Notes under the pieces: generated by a model | What the model was told of the DNA's origin: nothing | Database searches by the model: none | What the model saw: only the letters and a program-made list of their open reading frames with translations | NCBI GenBank assembly: GCA_034004115.1 | Contig: JAVEXG010000007.1 | Location: 213-64,212, forward strand | Length of the DNA stretch: 64,000 nucleotides | Source of the DNA: Bacteroidales bacterium | GTDB lineage: Bacteria; Bacteroidota; Bacteroidia; Bacteroidales; VadinHA17 | Direction: 5' to 3' | Translations under genes and position numbers: made by a program | Shown here: positions 36,876 through 45,664 of the stretch, one piece after another | How positions within the stretch are numbered: position 1 is the stretch's first letter | Layout of the letters: the number at the start of each line of letters is the position of its first letter

Positions 36876-36906
36876 AAGGGCGCCTTATTTAGGCGCCCTT
36901 TTTTTC
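36876..36906 (+). terminator. Rho-independent terminator of the TonB-dependent receptor gene
   Basis: 9-bp GC-rich stem AAGGGCGCC / GGCGCCCTT with a 7-nt loop, followed by a T7 run. Confidence 0.85.
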
Positions 36907-37133
36907 GGCTCAGGCTGGCTCAACACTTTGTATTCTTACAGCAATAGAATTAAATGCCTGAAAAACAGCACTATGGCCGTAAGTTAATAACTCCCCCTTC
37001 GAATGTTAATAAAGTTAAAATTTTAAGCTTGCATCGAGTTGGATGCTTGTCTATTTTAGCGATTACCCGCTACAAAAATCAACGGTCGTTTAATCGTAAC
37101 ATTATCAAAAGTTAACAGTTTTATTTTTTCAAG

Positions 37134-39764
37134 ATGGGAGATTTATTTGTCCAGGAGTCAGTCATCGCATCTGCTAAAGCAGGTGATGAGCCAACAACAG
37201 AAAACAAAAAAAGAATGGAAATGAAGGATCCTGACAAACCGGCTGAGAAGAAATCTGAGAAGGTAACATACTCTCATGATGAAGCCGTCGAGGCCAGCAT
37301 TGAGTATTTCAATGGTGATGAACTGGCGGCCAGGGTATGGGCGAATAAGTATGCCTTGAAGGATTCGTTCGGGAATCTCTATGAGAAGACACCCGACGAC
37401 ATGCACCGGAGATTGGCAAGGGAAATCCGCAGGGTCGAACTCAAATACAAAAACCCTCTTCCTGAAGAACTTATCTACAGCGTTCTCAAGGATTTCAAAT
37501 ACATAGTACCTCAGGGAGGGCCCATGACCGGCATCGGAAACGACTATCAGATAGCATCGCTGTCGAACTGCTTTGTGATTGGCAACGACGGCATCGCAGA
37601 TTCTTACGGCGGGATCATGAAGATCGACCAGGAACAGGTTCAGCTTATGAAGCGCCGTGGAGGTGTCGGACACGACCTTTCCCATATCAGGCCAAAGGGC
37701 TCGCCCGTTTTGAACAGCGCCCTTACTTCAACCGGAGTTGTCCCATTCATGGAAAGATATTCCAACTCAACCCGCGAGGTGGCGCAGGACGGAAGGCGCG
37801 GAGCGCTTATGCTCTCAATATCAATCAAGCACCCCGACAGCGGCAGGTTCATCGATGCCAAAATGGAAAGCGGCAAGATAACAGGAGCAAACGTTTCGGT
37901 GAAGATGACAGATGAGTTCATGAGAGCCGTAGAAGATAAATCGATCTTCCGGCAGCAATACCCCATAGTATCAGATAATCCGAAATTTGTAAGGGATGTT
38001 GATGCCGTCCAGTTGTGGACCAAAATAATCCATAATGCATGGAAGTCGGCCGAACCCGGTATGCTTTTCTGGGACACAATAATAAGGGAAAGCGTACCCG
38101 ATTGCTATGCCGACCTGGGATTCAAAACAGTATCAACAAACCCGTGCGGCGAAATACCCCTCTGCCCCTACGACAGCTGCCGTCTGCTGGCAATCAATCT
38201 GTTCAGCTATGTGATGGATCCATTCACCGACAAGGCAACCTTTAATTTTGAACTTTATAAGGAACATGTTGGACTCGCTCAGAGGATGATGGATGACATA
38301 ATTGACCTTGAATTTGAGAAGATAGATGCAATCCTGGCCAAGATCGATGCTGATCCTGAACTGGAGGAGCTGAAAAGGGTTGAAAAGAACCTCTGGCTGA
38401 ACATAAGGAAGAAGGCGGAACAGGGACGAAGAACCGGTATCGGCATTACAGCCGAAGGTGATATGCTCGCAGCACTCGGTCTCAGGTATGGCAGTGATGA
38501 GGCAATTAATTTCTCGGTCGATGTGCACAAGACTCTTGCTCTCGAAGCATACAAATCATCAACCTACCTCGCAAGGGAGAGAGGTCCCTTCACAATTTAT
38601 GACGCTAAAAGGGAAATGAACAATCCCTTCATCCTCAGAATGAAAGAGGCCGATCCGGTGATGTATAACAATATGGTAAAATACGGGCGCCGTAACATAG
38701 CCCTTCTCACGATAGCACCCACGGGCACAACCAGCCTCATGACCCAGACTACCTCGGGAATAGAACCCATCTTCTCGGTGTTCTACAAGCGCCGCAGAAA
38801 AGTGAATCCGAACGATAAAGACGTCAAAATTTCATTTAAGGATGAGGTAGGCGATTCATGGGAAGAGTTTATTGTTTTCCACCACAAGTTTGTCGACTGG
38901 CTGAAACTGAACGGCTACGATCCCGACAATGTGACCCGCATGGGAGATGAGGAAATCAATGCAATCATAGCTAAATCACCATATTACAAGGCCACTGCGA
39001 ATGATGTCGACTGGGTGGCAAAGGTTCGCATGCAGGGCGCTATCCAGAAATGGGTCGACCATTCAATAAGCGTCACGATCAACCTTCCGTCGGATGCAAA
39101 GGAAGAACTGGTGAGTGAATTGTATCTGACAGCCTGGAAATCGGGATGCAAAGGCGCTACAGTTTATCGTGACGGTTCCCGCGACGGGGTTCTGATCGCC
39201 GGTAAGAGCGATGCCAGGGCTGAAAGACCAAAACGCCCCAGAGTCCTCGATTGCGATGTAATCCGCTTCAACTTCAACGAGGAAAAATGGGTGGCATTCG
39301 TGGGTCTCAAGGACGGCAGACCTTATGAGATATTCACCGGTCTGGCTGATGATGAGGTCTTCCCGATTCCGAAAACCATCGTAAAGGGAAAGATCATCAA
39401 GGTTAAGCTGGATGACGGCAAAACAAGATATGACTTCCAGTACACAGATAGATACGGATACAAAAAGATCTTTGAGGGACTGTCCCACATGTTCAAGCCG
39501 GAATACTGGAACTATGCCAAGCTCATATCGGGAGTGCTCCGCCACGAGATGCCCATCCAGGATGTCGTGAACCTGGTTCAGTCGCTGAAACTCGACAGCG
39601 AATCTATAAACAACTGGAAGAACGGCGTGGAACGGGCACTCAAGAAATATATTCCGAACGGCACAAGAGCCAAGGGAAAATGCGGTGAATGCGGCTCCGA
39701 TAATCTCGTGTACGAGGAAGGATGCCTGATCTGCAAAGACTGCGGGTCATCCAAATGCGGTTGA
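37134..39764 (+). CDS. nrdJ: Class II (adenosylcobalamin-dependent) ribonucleotide reductase
   Basis: 876 aa. N-terminal ...YFNGDELAARVWANKYALKD..., catalytic-core NPCGEIPL and TIAPTGTTS motifs, and a C-terminal Cys-rich zinc ribbon (CGECGSDNLVYEEGCLICKDCGSSKCG). The start could be a later Met, because the first ~45 aa are low complexity. Confidence 0.9.
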   Translation: MGDLFVQESVIASAKAGDEPTTENKKRMEMKDPDKPAEKKSEKVTYSHDEAVEASIEYFNGDELAARVWANKYALKDSFGNLYEKTPDDMHRRLAREIRRVELKYKNPLPEELIYSVLKDFKYIVPQGGPMTGIGNDYQIASLSNCFVIGNDGIADSYGGIMKIDQEQVQLMKRRGGVGHDLSHIRPKGSPVLNSALTSTGVVPFMERYSNSTREVAQDGRRGALMLSISIKHPDSGRFIDAKMESGKITGANVSVKMTDEFMRAVEDKSIFRQQYPIVSDNPKFVRDVDAVQLWTKIIHNAWKSAEPGMLFWDTIIRESVPDCYADLGFKTVSTNPCGEIPLCPYDSCRLLAINLFSYVMDPFTDKATFNFELYKEHVGLAQRMMDDIIDLEFEKIDAILAKIDADPELEELKRVEKNLWLNIRKKAEQGRRTGIGITAEGDMLAALGLRYGSDEAINFSVDVHKTLALEAYKSSTYLARERGPFTIYDAKREMNNPFILRMKEADPVMYNNMVKYGRRNIALLTIAPTGTTSLMTQTTSGIEPIFSVFYKRRRKVNPNDKDVKISFKDEVGDSWEEFIVFHHKFVDWLKLNGYDPDNVTRMGDEEINAIIAKSPYYKATANDVDWVAKVRMQGAIQKWVDHSISVTINLPSDAKEELVSELYLTAWKSGCKGATVYRDGSRDGVLIAGKSDARAERPKRPRVLDCDVIRFNFNEEKWVAFVGLKDGRPYEIFTGLADDEVFPIPKTIVKGKIIKVKLDDGKTRYDFQYTDRYGYKKIFEGLSHMFKPEYWNYAKLISGVLRHEMPIQDVVNLVQSLKLDSESINNWKNGVERALKKYIPNGTRAKGKCGECGSDNLVYEEGCLICKDCGSSKCG

Positions 39765-39800
39765 TTATTTGATACCCCCTGCCCCCTGAAGGCCTTGTTA

Positions 39801-39992
39801 CCCCCCAACCCCCCTAAAGGGGGGCTTAAAAAGCTAATAATTAGCGATATAGTAGTTTTGGAATTATCTACACTTAGATAGGTTACTGTTATCGGATTAA
39901 ACGCTAATACGGGCCTGGTAATCTAATTTGATAATCTGTATAAATAGTTGTAATACAGCGTTCTAAAGCCCCCCTTTAGGGGGGTTGGGGGG
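39801..39992. repeat. Perfect 27-bp inverted repeat pair (39801-39827 / 39966-39992) flanking a 138-bp AT-rich core
   Basis: Left arm CCCCCCAACCCCCCTAAAGGGGGGCTT. Right arm AAGCCCCCCTTTAGGGGGGTTGGGGGG is its exact reverse complement. Each arm is itself a C6-loop-G6 hairpin. Confidence 0.9.
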
Positions 39993-40051
39993 TGGAATAA
40001 GCTGGGAAGACATGCAATCTTCTTTAGAAAAAGATGCGTATAAAGGGCAGG

Positions 40052-40068
40052 CCCCCAAAAAGGGGGGG
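40052..40068 (-). terminator. C-tract/G-tract hairpin just downstream of the kbl stop (candidate terminator)
   Basis: CCCCC-AAAAA-GGGGGGG on the + strand, which is C7-T5-G5 in kbl sense, 12 nt from the kbl stop. No clean U-run follows. Confidence 0.35.
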
Positions 40069-40080
40069 TGAAGGCAATAG

Positions 40081-41271
40081 TTATTTAATCACCTTAAGTT
40101 CTCTTCCGATCTTCTCAAAAGCTGCTATGGCTTTGTCGAGATGCTCCTGTTCATGGGCCGCCGACAGCTGAACCCTTATCCTGGCCTGGCCTTTGGGAAC
40201 CACGGGGTAGTAGAAGCCTGTGACATAGATGCCTTCATTGAGCAGCCTGACAGCCATCTCCTGCGACAGCTTGGCGTCGTAAAGCATGACGGCACAGATG
40301 GCCGACTGGGTGGGCTTGATATCGAAACCAGCCGCCATCATCTTCTCCATGAAATACTTAGTGTTGTAATGCAGTTTATCCTGCAGTTCATTTGTCTCAG
40401 TCATCATTTCAATCATCCTGATGCCGGCAGCAGCAACGAGTGGCGGGATGGAATTGCTGAACAGGTAGGGCCTCGAGCGCTGACGAAGCATCTCGATGAT
40501 CTCCTTCTTCCCTGTGGTGAATCCGCCGATGGCTCCGCCGAAGGCTTTGCCCAGTGTGCCGGTTATTATCTCAATCTTTCCCTTCAGGTTGTAAAGCTCC
40601 GTGACGCCTCGTCCGGTTTCACCCACAACTCCTGCCGAGTGTGATTCATCGACCATTATCATTGCATTGTACCTGCCAGCAAGCTCATGGATCCTGTCGA
40701 GCGGCGCCACGTTGCCGTCCATTGAAAAGACGCCGTCAGTGACAATCAGCCTGAAGCGCTGAGCCTGAGCCTCCTTCAGCTTCTCTTCCAGGTCGCTCAT
40801 GTCGGCATTGGCATACCTGTAGCGCTGCGCCTTACAGAGACGGACTCCGTCGATGATGGAGGCATGGTTCAGGGAATCCGAAATAATAGCATCGTCTTCG
40901 GTGAGCAGGGGTTCAAACACTCCTCCGTTTGCATCGAAGCAGGCCGCATACAAAATAGTGTCTTCCATCCCGAAAAATTCAGCAAGCTTCTGTTCCAGCT
41001 CCTTGTGAAGGTCGCCCGTACCGCAGATGAATCGCACCGACGACATGCCGTAACCATGGGTGTCGAGGGCTTTTTTTGCGGCTTCAACAAGTTTGGTGTT
41101 AGCTGACAAACCCAGATAGTTGTTTGCACAGAAATTGAGCACCTTCTGTCCGGTGTCGAGGGTTATCTCGGCTCCCTGAGGCGATACGATTACTCTTTCA
41201 TTTTTGTAAAGACCGGCTTCCCTTATTTCAGAGAGAACCTTAACTAGATGTTCCTGATAATCCTGATACAT
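40081..41271 (-). CDS. kbl: Glycine C-acetyltransferase (2-amino-3-ketobutyrate CoA ligase)
   Basis: 396 aa. PLP-dependent AONS family, with DESHS...GTLGKA lysine motif and tdh adjacency. Confidence 0.95.
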   Translation of the reverse strand: MYQDYQEHLVKVLSEIREAGLYKNERVIVSPQGAEITLDTGQKVLNFCANNYLGLSANTKLVEAAKKALDTHGYGMSSVRFICGTGDLHKELEQKLAEFFGMEDTILYAACFDANGGVFEPLLTEDDAIISDSLNHASIIDGVRLCKAQRYRYANADMSDLEEKLKEAQAQRFRLIVTDGVFSMDGNVAPLDRIHELAGRYNAMIMVDESHSAGVVGETGRGVTELYNLKGKIEIITGTLGKAFGGAIGGFTTGKKEIIEMLRQRSRPYLFSNSIPPLVAAAGIRMIEMMTETNELQDKLHYNTKYFMEKMMAAGFDIKPTQSAICAVMLYDAKLSQEMAVRLLNEGIYVTGFYYPVVPKGQARIRVQLSAAHEQEHLDKAIAAFEKIGRELKVIK

Positions 41272-41287
41272 GATATTGTTAATGTTA

Positions 41288-41438
41288 CTTGTTGCTGGTT
41301 TCTTGTTGCTGGTTCCTGGTTCCTCGTTCCTGGTTCCTGGTTCCTCGTTTCTTGCCTTTACGCCTTTACGCCTTAAAGCCCTAAAGCCCTAAAGCCCCAA
41401 GCCTCATGCCTCATGCCTCACTCCTCACTCCTCACGCC
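41288..41438. repeat. Mosaic of abutting micro-tandem repeats filling the tdh-kbl spacer
   Basis: CTTGTTGCTGGTT x2 (41288-41314), CCTSGTT x5 (41315-41349), TTTACGCC x2 (41357-41372), YTAAAGCC x3 (41373-41396) and TCAYKCC x5 (41404-41438). Confidence 0.9.
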
Positions 41439-41446
41439 TTGGGGGT

Positions 41447-42481
41447 CTATTCCCAGTTAAGTATCACCTTGCCGCATTCGGTGCTTTCCATCACATCGAA
41501 GCCCTTCTGAAAGTCGTCAATGCTGAACCTGTGGGTGATAACCGGGTTGAGGTCGATTCCTCCTATTATCATCTGTTCCATTTTGTACCATGTTTCCCAC
41601 ATTTCCCTTCCGTAAATTCCCTTAAGGGTGATTGCCTTAAAAATGATGTCGCTCCATGGCACCTCAAAATTCGAAGGCAGGATGCCAAGCAGCGAGATGC
41701 TCGAACCGTTGTACATGCTTTCTATCATCTCGATGAAGGCTTTGGGCGATCCCGACATTTCAAGGCCTACATCGAAGCCCCGCATACCGAGTTTCCTGAC
41801 TGCATCGGCTATCTTTTCGCCTTTCATGGGATTGACTGTCAGAGTGGCTCCCATGTTTTTGGCTATGGCGAGACGGTAATCGCTCAGGTCGCTCGCCACA
41901 ATGAATCTGGCCCCGGCATACTTTGCAATGGCTATTGCCATGCTTCCGATAAGTCCGGCTCCCGTGACAAGTACATCCTCCCCGAGAAGGGGGAAGGATA
42001 GCGCCGTGTGGGTTGCATTTCCAAAGGGATCCATTATCGCTGCCCAGTCGTCGGGGATCCTTGGATCGAGCGGGACGACATTCAGCGAAGGAAGCTTCAG
42101 GTATTCGGCAAAGGCGCCATCGATGTTGACGCCGATGCCAATCGTGTTTTCACAGACATGTTCCTTACCCCGTCGGCAATTCCTGCAGTGGCCGCATGCA
42201 AGATGTCCCTCGCCGGTCACCCTGTCGCCGGGTTTCAGATTCTTGACACCTGCACCAGTCTTCTCTATATAGCCCATGTACTCGTGTCCGATCACCATCG
42301 GCACCTTTATCGTCTTCTGAGCCCAGGGATCCCATTTATAGATGTGGAGGTCGGTTCCGCAGATTGCAGTCTTCTTTATTTTAATTATCACATCGTTAAG
42401 GCCAGGATCGGGAACAGGAACCTCCTCCATCCAGATCCCCTTCTCAGCCTTCGCCTTTACAAGAGCTTTCATCATATTCAT
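41447..42481 (-). CDS. tdh: L-threonine 3-dehydrogenase
   Basis: 344 aa, collinear with my recollection of E. coli Tdh (MKAL.K.KAE.GIWM..VPVP...[14 protein letters not shown]...VIGHEY.G). Confidence 0.95.
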   Translation of the reverse strand: MNMMKALVKAKAEKGIWMEEVPVPDPGLNDVIIKIKKTAICGTDLHIYKWDPWAQKTIKVPMVIGHEYMGYIEKTGAGVKNLKPGDRVTGEGHLACGHCRNCRRGKEHVCENTIGIGVNIDGAFAEYLKLPSLNVVPLDPRIPDDWAAIMDPFGNATHTALSFPLLGEDVLVTGAGLIGSMAIAIAKYAGARFIVASDLSDYRLAIAKNMGATLTVNPMKGEKIADAVRKLGMRGFDVGLEMSGSPKAFIEMIESMYNGSSISLLGILPSNFEVPWSDIIFKAITLKGIYGREMWETWYKMEQMIIGGIDLNPVITHRFSIDDFQKGFDVMESTECGKVILNWE

Positions 42482-42606
42482 GAATGCCGGTTTTAGACTA
42501 CTAAATTAATATAATTCCTTTCAGCCTGTGCATGATTATTGTCACCCGACAAGACGGACTTACTCAATTAGCTGATCAGGAAGGAACGATAATTGCATGT
42601 TTTATC

Positions 42607-42614
42607 TATCTTTG
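42607..42614 (+). promoter_or_regulatory. Candidate -7 promoter box (TAtcTTTG) upstream of gltX
   Basis: Exact TAnnTTTG match 67 nt upstream of the gltX ATG. It is the same octamer as upstream of glmS. Confidence 0.35.
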
Positions 42615-42632
42615 ATACTAATGAGAGAATCA

Positions 42633-42648
42633 GGTTGCTGGTTGCTGG
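42633..42648. repeat. GGTTGCT x2 micro-repeat sharing the 10-mer GTTGCTGGTT with the tdh-kbl spacer array
   Basis: ggttgct ggttgct gg read directly. It lies between the candidate -7 box and the gltX start. Confidence 0.85.
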
Positions 42649-42680
42649 CAAATTTCGTTAATTAACACTTTGATATTATC

Positions 42681-44192
42681 ATGCCGCAGGTTAGAGTAAG
42701 ATTTGCGCCAAGTCCGACAGGACCGCTGCATATCGGAGGGGTGAGGACCGCTCTTTATAATTTTCTTTTCGCCAGGAAGAACAACGGAAAGTTCCTTCTG
42801 AGGATTGAAGACACCGATCAGACAAGATATGTTGGGGGCGCCGAGGATTATATTATGGAGTCGCTGAGATGGTGCGGAATTGTTGTTGACGAGGGTATAA
42901 GGGAAGGCGGCGAGTGCGGACCCTACAGGCAAAGCAACAGAAAAGATATTTACAGGAAATATGCCGATACGCTTGTAGATAAAGGCTATGCCTACTATGC
43001 ATTCGACACTCCCGAAGAGCTGGAAACGCTCAGGGTTGAAGATGAGAAGCATGGTAACACATTCATTTACAATGCTGCAGTCCGTGGTAAGCTGACCAAC
43101 TCGCTGTCGCTCGGTGCAGTGGATTGGAATGCAAGGCTCGACAGGGGAGAACCTTATGTTATCCGCTTTAAGATGCCGGTGGACGAAGAGGTCGAATTTG
43201 ATGATCTCATCAGGGGGCATATCGTTGTCAACACTTCGACCCTCGACGATAAGGTGCTGTTTAAATCGGACGGCATGCCTACATATCATCTTGCTCATCT
43301 TGTCGATGACCACCTGATGATGATAAGTCATGTGATAAGGGGTGAGGAATGGCTTCCGTCGCTCCCGCTTCATGTCCTGCTCTACAGGGCTTTCGGCTGG
43401 GAAGCACCGCTGTTTGCCCATCTTCCGCTTCTTCTGAAACCCGATGGCAAGGGAAAGCTCAGCAAACGCGACGGCGACCGGATGGGATTCCCGGTGTTCC
43501 CGCTCTTCTGGCCATACGGCGAAACGGCAAAGGGATACCGCGAAGAGGGATATTATCCGGAAGCTTTTGTGAACATGATAGCGCTTCTCGGATGGAATCC
43601 CGGAACTGAACAGGAGATCTTCTCAATGAATGAGCTGATTGAAGCATTTTCGCTTGAGCGGGTGGGGAAATCCGGATCGAGGTTTGATCCCGAAAAGGCC
43701 AAATGGTTCAATCATCAGTATCTTCAGAAACGATCAAACAACCTGCTTGCAATGGAATTCAGGGAGTTCCTCAGGGAAAAGGGATTCCACATCGATTTGT
43801 TCCGTCTTGAAATTCTTGTCGGGCTGGTGAAGGAGAGGGTGAGTTTCGTAAAGGATTTCTGGGCCCAGACGGACTTCTTCTTCAAAGCCCCTGAAGAGTA
43901 CGACCAGGAGGTTGTAAGAAAAAGATGGCAGGAAAACACAGGCGCCATTCTGGAAGAACTTAAGGGAGTGCTTCAGGAACTGGAGGATTTTTCACCGCAA
44001 TCGACCGAGCAGGCTGTAAAGTCGTGGATTGAGAGCCGCGGCTACAATATGGGTACAGTGATGAATCCGTTCAGACTGGTGATCGTCGGAGCCCTGCGCG
44101 GACCACATATGTTCGATATAATCAGCTGGATCGGGAAGGCTGAGACCATCGCCCGGATCGAAAAGGGATTGTCAATAATCGGAAAGAAATAA
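42681..44192 (+). CDS. gltX: Glutamate--tRNA ligase
   Basis: 503 aa. RFAPSPTGPLHIGG (HIGH) and KLSKR (KMSKS) motifs. Confidence 0.97.
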   Translation: MPQVRVRFAPSPTGPLHIGGVRTALYNFLFARKNNGKFLLRIEDTDQTRYVGGAEDYIMESLRWCGIVVDEGIREGGECGPYRQSNRKDIYRKYADTLVDKGYAYYAFDTPEELETLRVEDEKHGNTFIYNAAVRGKLTNSLSLGAVDWNARLDRGEPYVIRFKMPVDEEVEFDDLIRGHIVVNTSTLDDKVLFKSDGMPTYHLAHLVDDHLMMISHVIRGEEWLPSLPLHVLLYRAFGWEAPLFAHLPLLLKPDGKGKLSKRDGDRMGFPVFPLFWPYGETAKGYREEGYYPEAFVNMIALLGWNPGTEQEIFSMNELIEAFSLERVGKSGSRFDPEKAKWFNHQYLQKRSNNLLAMEFREFLREKGFHIDLFRLEILVGLVKERVSFVKDFWAQTDFFFKAPEEYDQEVVRKRWQENTGAILEELKGVLQELEDFSPQSTEQAVKSWIESRGYNMGTVMNPFRLVIVGALRGPHMFDIISWIGKAETIARIEKGLSIIGKK

Positions 44193-44882
44193 ATGAATTC
44201 TCCCCGGCCAGGCGATTACATCGATATCCACACTCACGATTCCAGACCCGTTCCCGGTATCTTTGCCGTGGAAAACATCATGGCTCATGAGAACCGCGAT
44301 CCTGAAGCGATCAGCGCCCCGGTCTTTACGGCAGGCATCCATCCCTGGTACCTTGATGGAAACAACAGCAGAGCGCTCCTTGCCTTCATCAGGGGAATTG
44401 CATCCAGTCCAAATCTGATTGCTTTCGGAGAGGCCGGATTTGACAAGCTGAGAGGTCCGTCACACGAAATCCAGCTTGCAGTTTTCGCTGAACAGGTTAA
44501 GATTGCCGGAGAATTCGGGAAGCCCCTTGTGATCCATTGTGTTAAAGCATGGAATGAACTTCAGGAAGCCCACCGCGACCTGAAACCCGGAACCCCCTGG
44601 CTCGTCCATGGATTCAGGGGAAAGAAGGACCTGGCCCTGCAGCTTATCAAACGCGATATGTATATCTCTTTCTGGTTCGACTTTGTTATCAGACCGGAAT
44701 CGTCCGGACTTCTCAGGTCATTGCCGCCCGAGAGGATATTCCTCGAGACCGACGGAGCCGATGCCGATATAAGGGATATATATGCAAAGGTTTCCGCCGA
44801 CCTCGGGCTGAGCGTCGATAGGCTTAAAGAACAGATTTCGGCCAATTATCATAGACTTTTTATGAAAAAACGAACGTTATAA
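44193..44882 (+). CDS. TatD-family metal-dependent hydrolase
   Basis: 229 aa. IDIHTH, GEAGFD and VIHCV motifs. Its ATG directly abuts the gltX stop. Confidence 0.75.
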   Translation: MNSPRPGDYIDIHTHDSRPVPGIFAVENIMAHENRDPEAISAPVFTAGIHPWYLDGNNSRALLAFIRGIASSPNLIAFGEAGFDKLRGPSHEIQLAVFAEQVKIAGEFGKPLVIHCVKAWNELQEAHRDLKPGTPWLVHGFRGKKDLALQLIKRDMYISFWFDFVIRPESSGLLRSLPPERIFLETDGADADIRDIYAKVSADLGLSVDRLKEQISANYHRLFMKKRTL

Positions 44883-44916
44883 CATTGTTATAACGCCGTT
44901 ATAACAATGTTATAAC
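44876..44916. promoter_or_regulatory. Four GTTATAAC palindromes at 11-bp period, together forming a 19-bp perfect hairpin or operator-like array
   Basis: gttataac att gttataac gcc gttataac aat gttataac. Positions 44876-44894 are the exact reverse complement of 44898-44916. Confidence 0.8.
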
Positions 44917-44932
44917 ATGATATTCTGAACTC

Positions 44933-45664
44933 ATGATCAGCTGGTTATCACGGACTGAGATGCTTATTGGACCTGAGGGAATTCTCAGGATGAATTCGTC
45001 GGATGTGCTGGTTGTCGGGCTTGGCGGTGTCGGATCGTGGGCTGCCGAGATGATATGCAGGGCAGGGGTGGGGAAGATGACGATCGTCGACGGCGACACT
45101 GTTCATGCCACCAACAGGAACAGACAGCTCCTGGCCCTGAACAGCACCGAGGGAAAACCAAAGGCCGAAGTGATGGCCGAAAGGCTGAGGGATATCAATC
45201 CTGACCTCGATCTCACTGTAATAAATGAGTACATCAGGGATGAGAAGATGATCGAGGTCCTTGACAGGGGTTTCAGCTATGTGGTTGATGCGATCGACAC
45301 TCTTTCCCCCAAGCTGTTCCTCCTCTGTCATTCGGTGGAGAAAAAAATTCCCGTTGTAAGCTCGATGGGTTCGGGCGGGAAATTTGATCCTCTGAATATT
45401 TCTATAAGCGATATTTCGGAGACTAACAGTTGTCCCCTGGCCAGGATACTCCGGAAACGGCTTCACAGGCTGGGAGTTCGCGATGGCATAACGGCGGTTT
45501 ATTCCCCCGAGCCTGTCGACAAGAGCAGGGTCGAACGGGTGGAAGGAGAAAGAAACAAGGCGTCGGTTGTAGGCACTATGCCGTATATGTCTGCCGCATT
45601 CGGGATAGCCTGCGCATCGGTTGTGATACGCGATCTGGCAGGGATACCGAAATGGCAGACTTAG
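44933..45664 (+). CDS. tcdA: tRNA cyclic t6A37 dehydratase TcdA (ThiF/MoeB-family E1-like)
   Basis: 243 aa. VVGLGGVGSWAAEMICRAGVG nucleotide-binding motif, NRNRQ, and TcdA length. Confidence 0.85.
   Translation: MISWLSRTEMLIGPEGILRMNSSDVLVVGLGGVGSWAAEMICRAGVGKMTIVDGDTVHATNRNRQLLALNSTEGKPKAEVMAERLRDINPDLDLTVINEYIRDEKMIEVLDRGFSYVVDAIDTLSPKLFLLCHSVEKKIPVVSSMGSGGKFDPLNISISDISETNSCPLARILRKRLHRLGVRDGITAVYSPEPVDKSRVERVEGERNKASVVGTMPYMSAAFGIACASVVIRDLAGIPKWQT

Noticed and set aside
36907-37133. Cobalamin riboswitch or NrdR boxes in the ~230-nt nrdJ leader
   Set aside because: There is no B12-box-like GCCACTG core. Only half-matches to the NrdR palindrome exist (ACACTTTGTATT, CACTATGG), without the expected tandem pair. 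A covariance-model scan (Rfam RF00174) and an NrdR PWM scan would be decisive.
39828-39965. tRNA, tmRNA, RNase P, SRP or 6S RNA genes in the larger gaps (39765-40080, 62421-62784, 53179-53457, 21165-21365)
   Set aside because: I can see no cloverleaf-compatible stems, T-loop GTTCGAATC-like motif or other conserved RNA-gene signatures by eye. tRNAscan-SE or Infernal would be needed to exclude them formally.
39979-39995. G-quadruplex / i-motif potential of GGGGGGTTGGGGGGTGG and its C-rich partner
   Set aside because: Only two long G-tracts are contiguous. Four tracts within a short span are not present on one strand, and the hairpin/inverted-repeat explanation is sufficient.
41288-41438. CRISPR array interpretation of the tandem-repeat loci (also 31979-32068, 49944-49978, 62569-62659)
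   Set aside because: The units are 7-14 bp and directly abut with no unique spacers, there are no 24-48 bp repeats, and there are no cas genes in the window.
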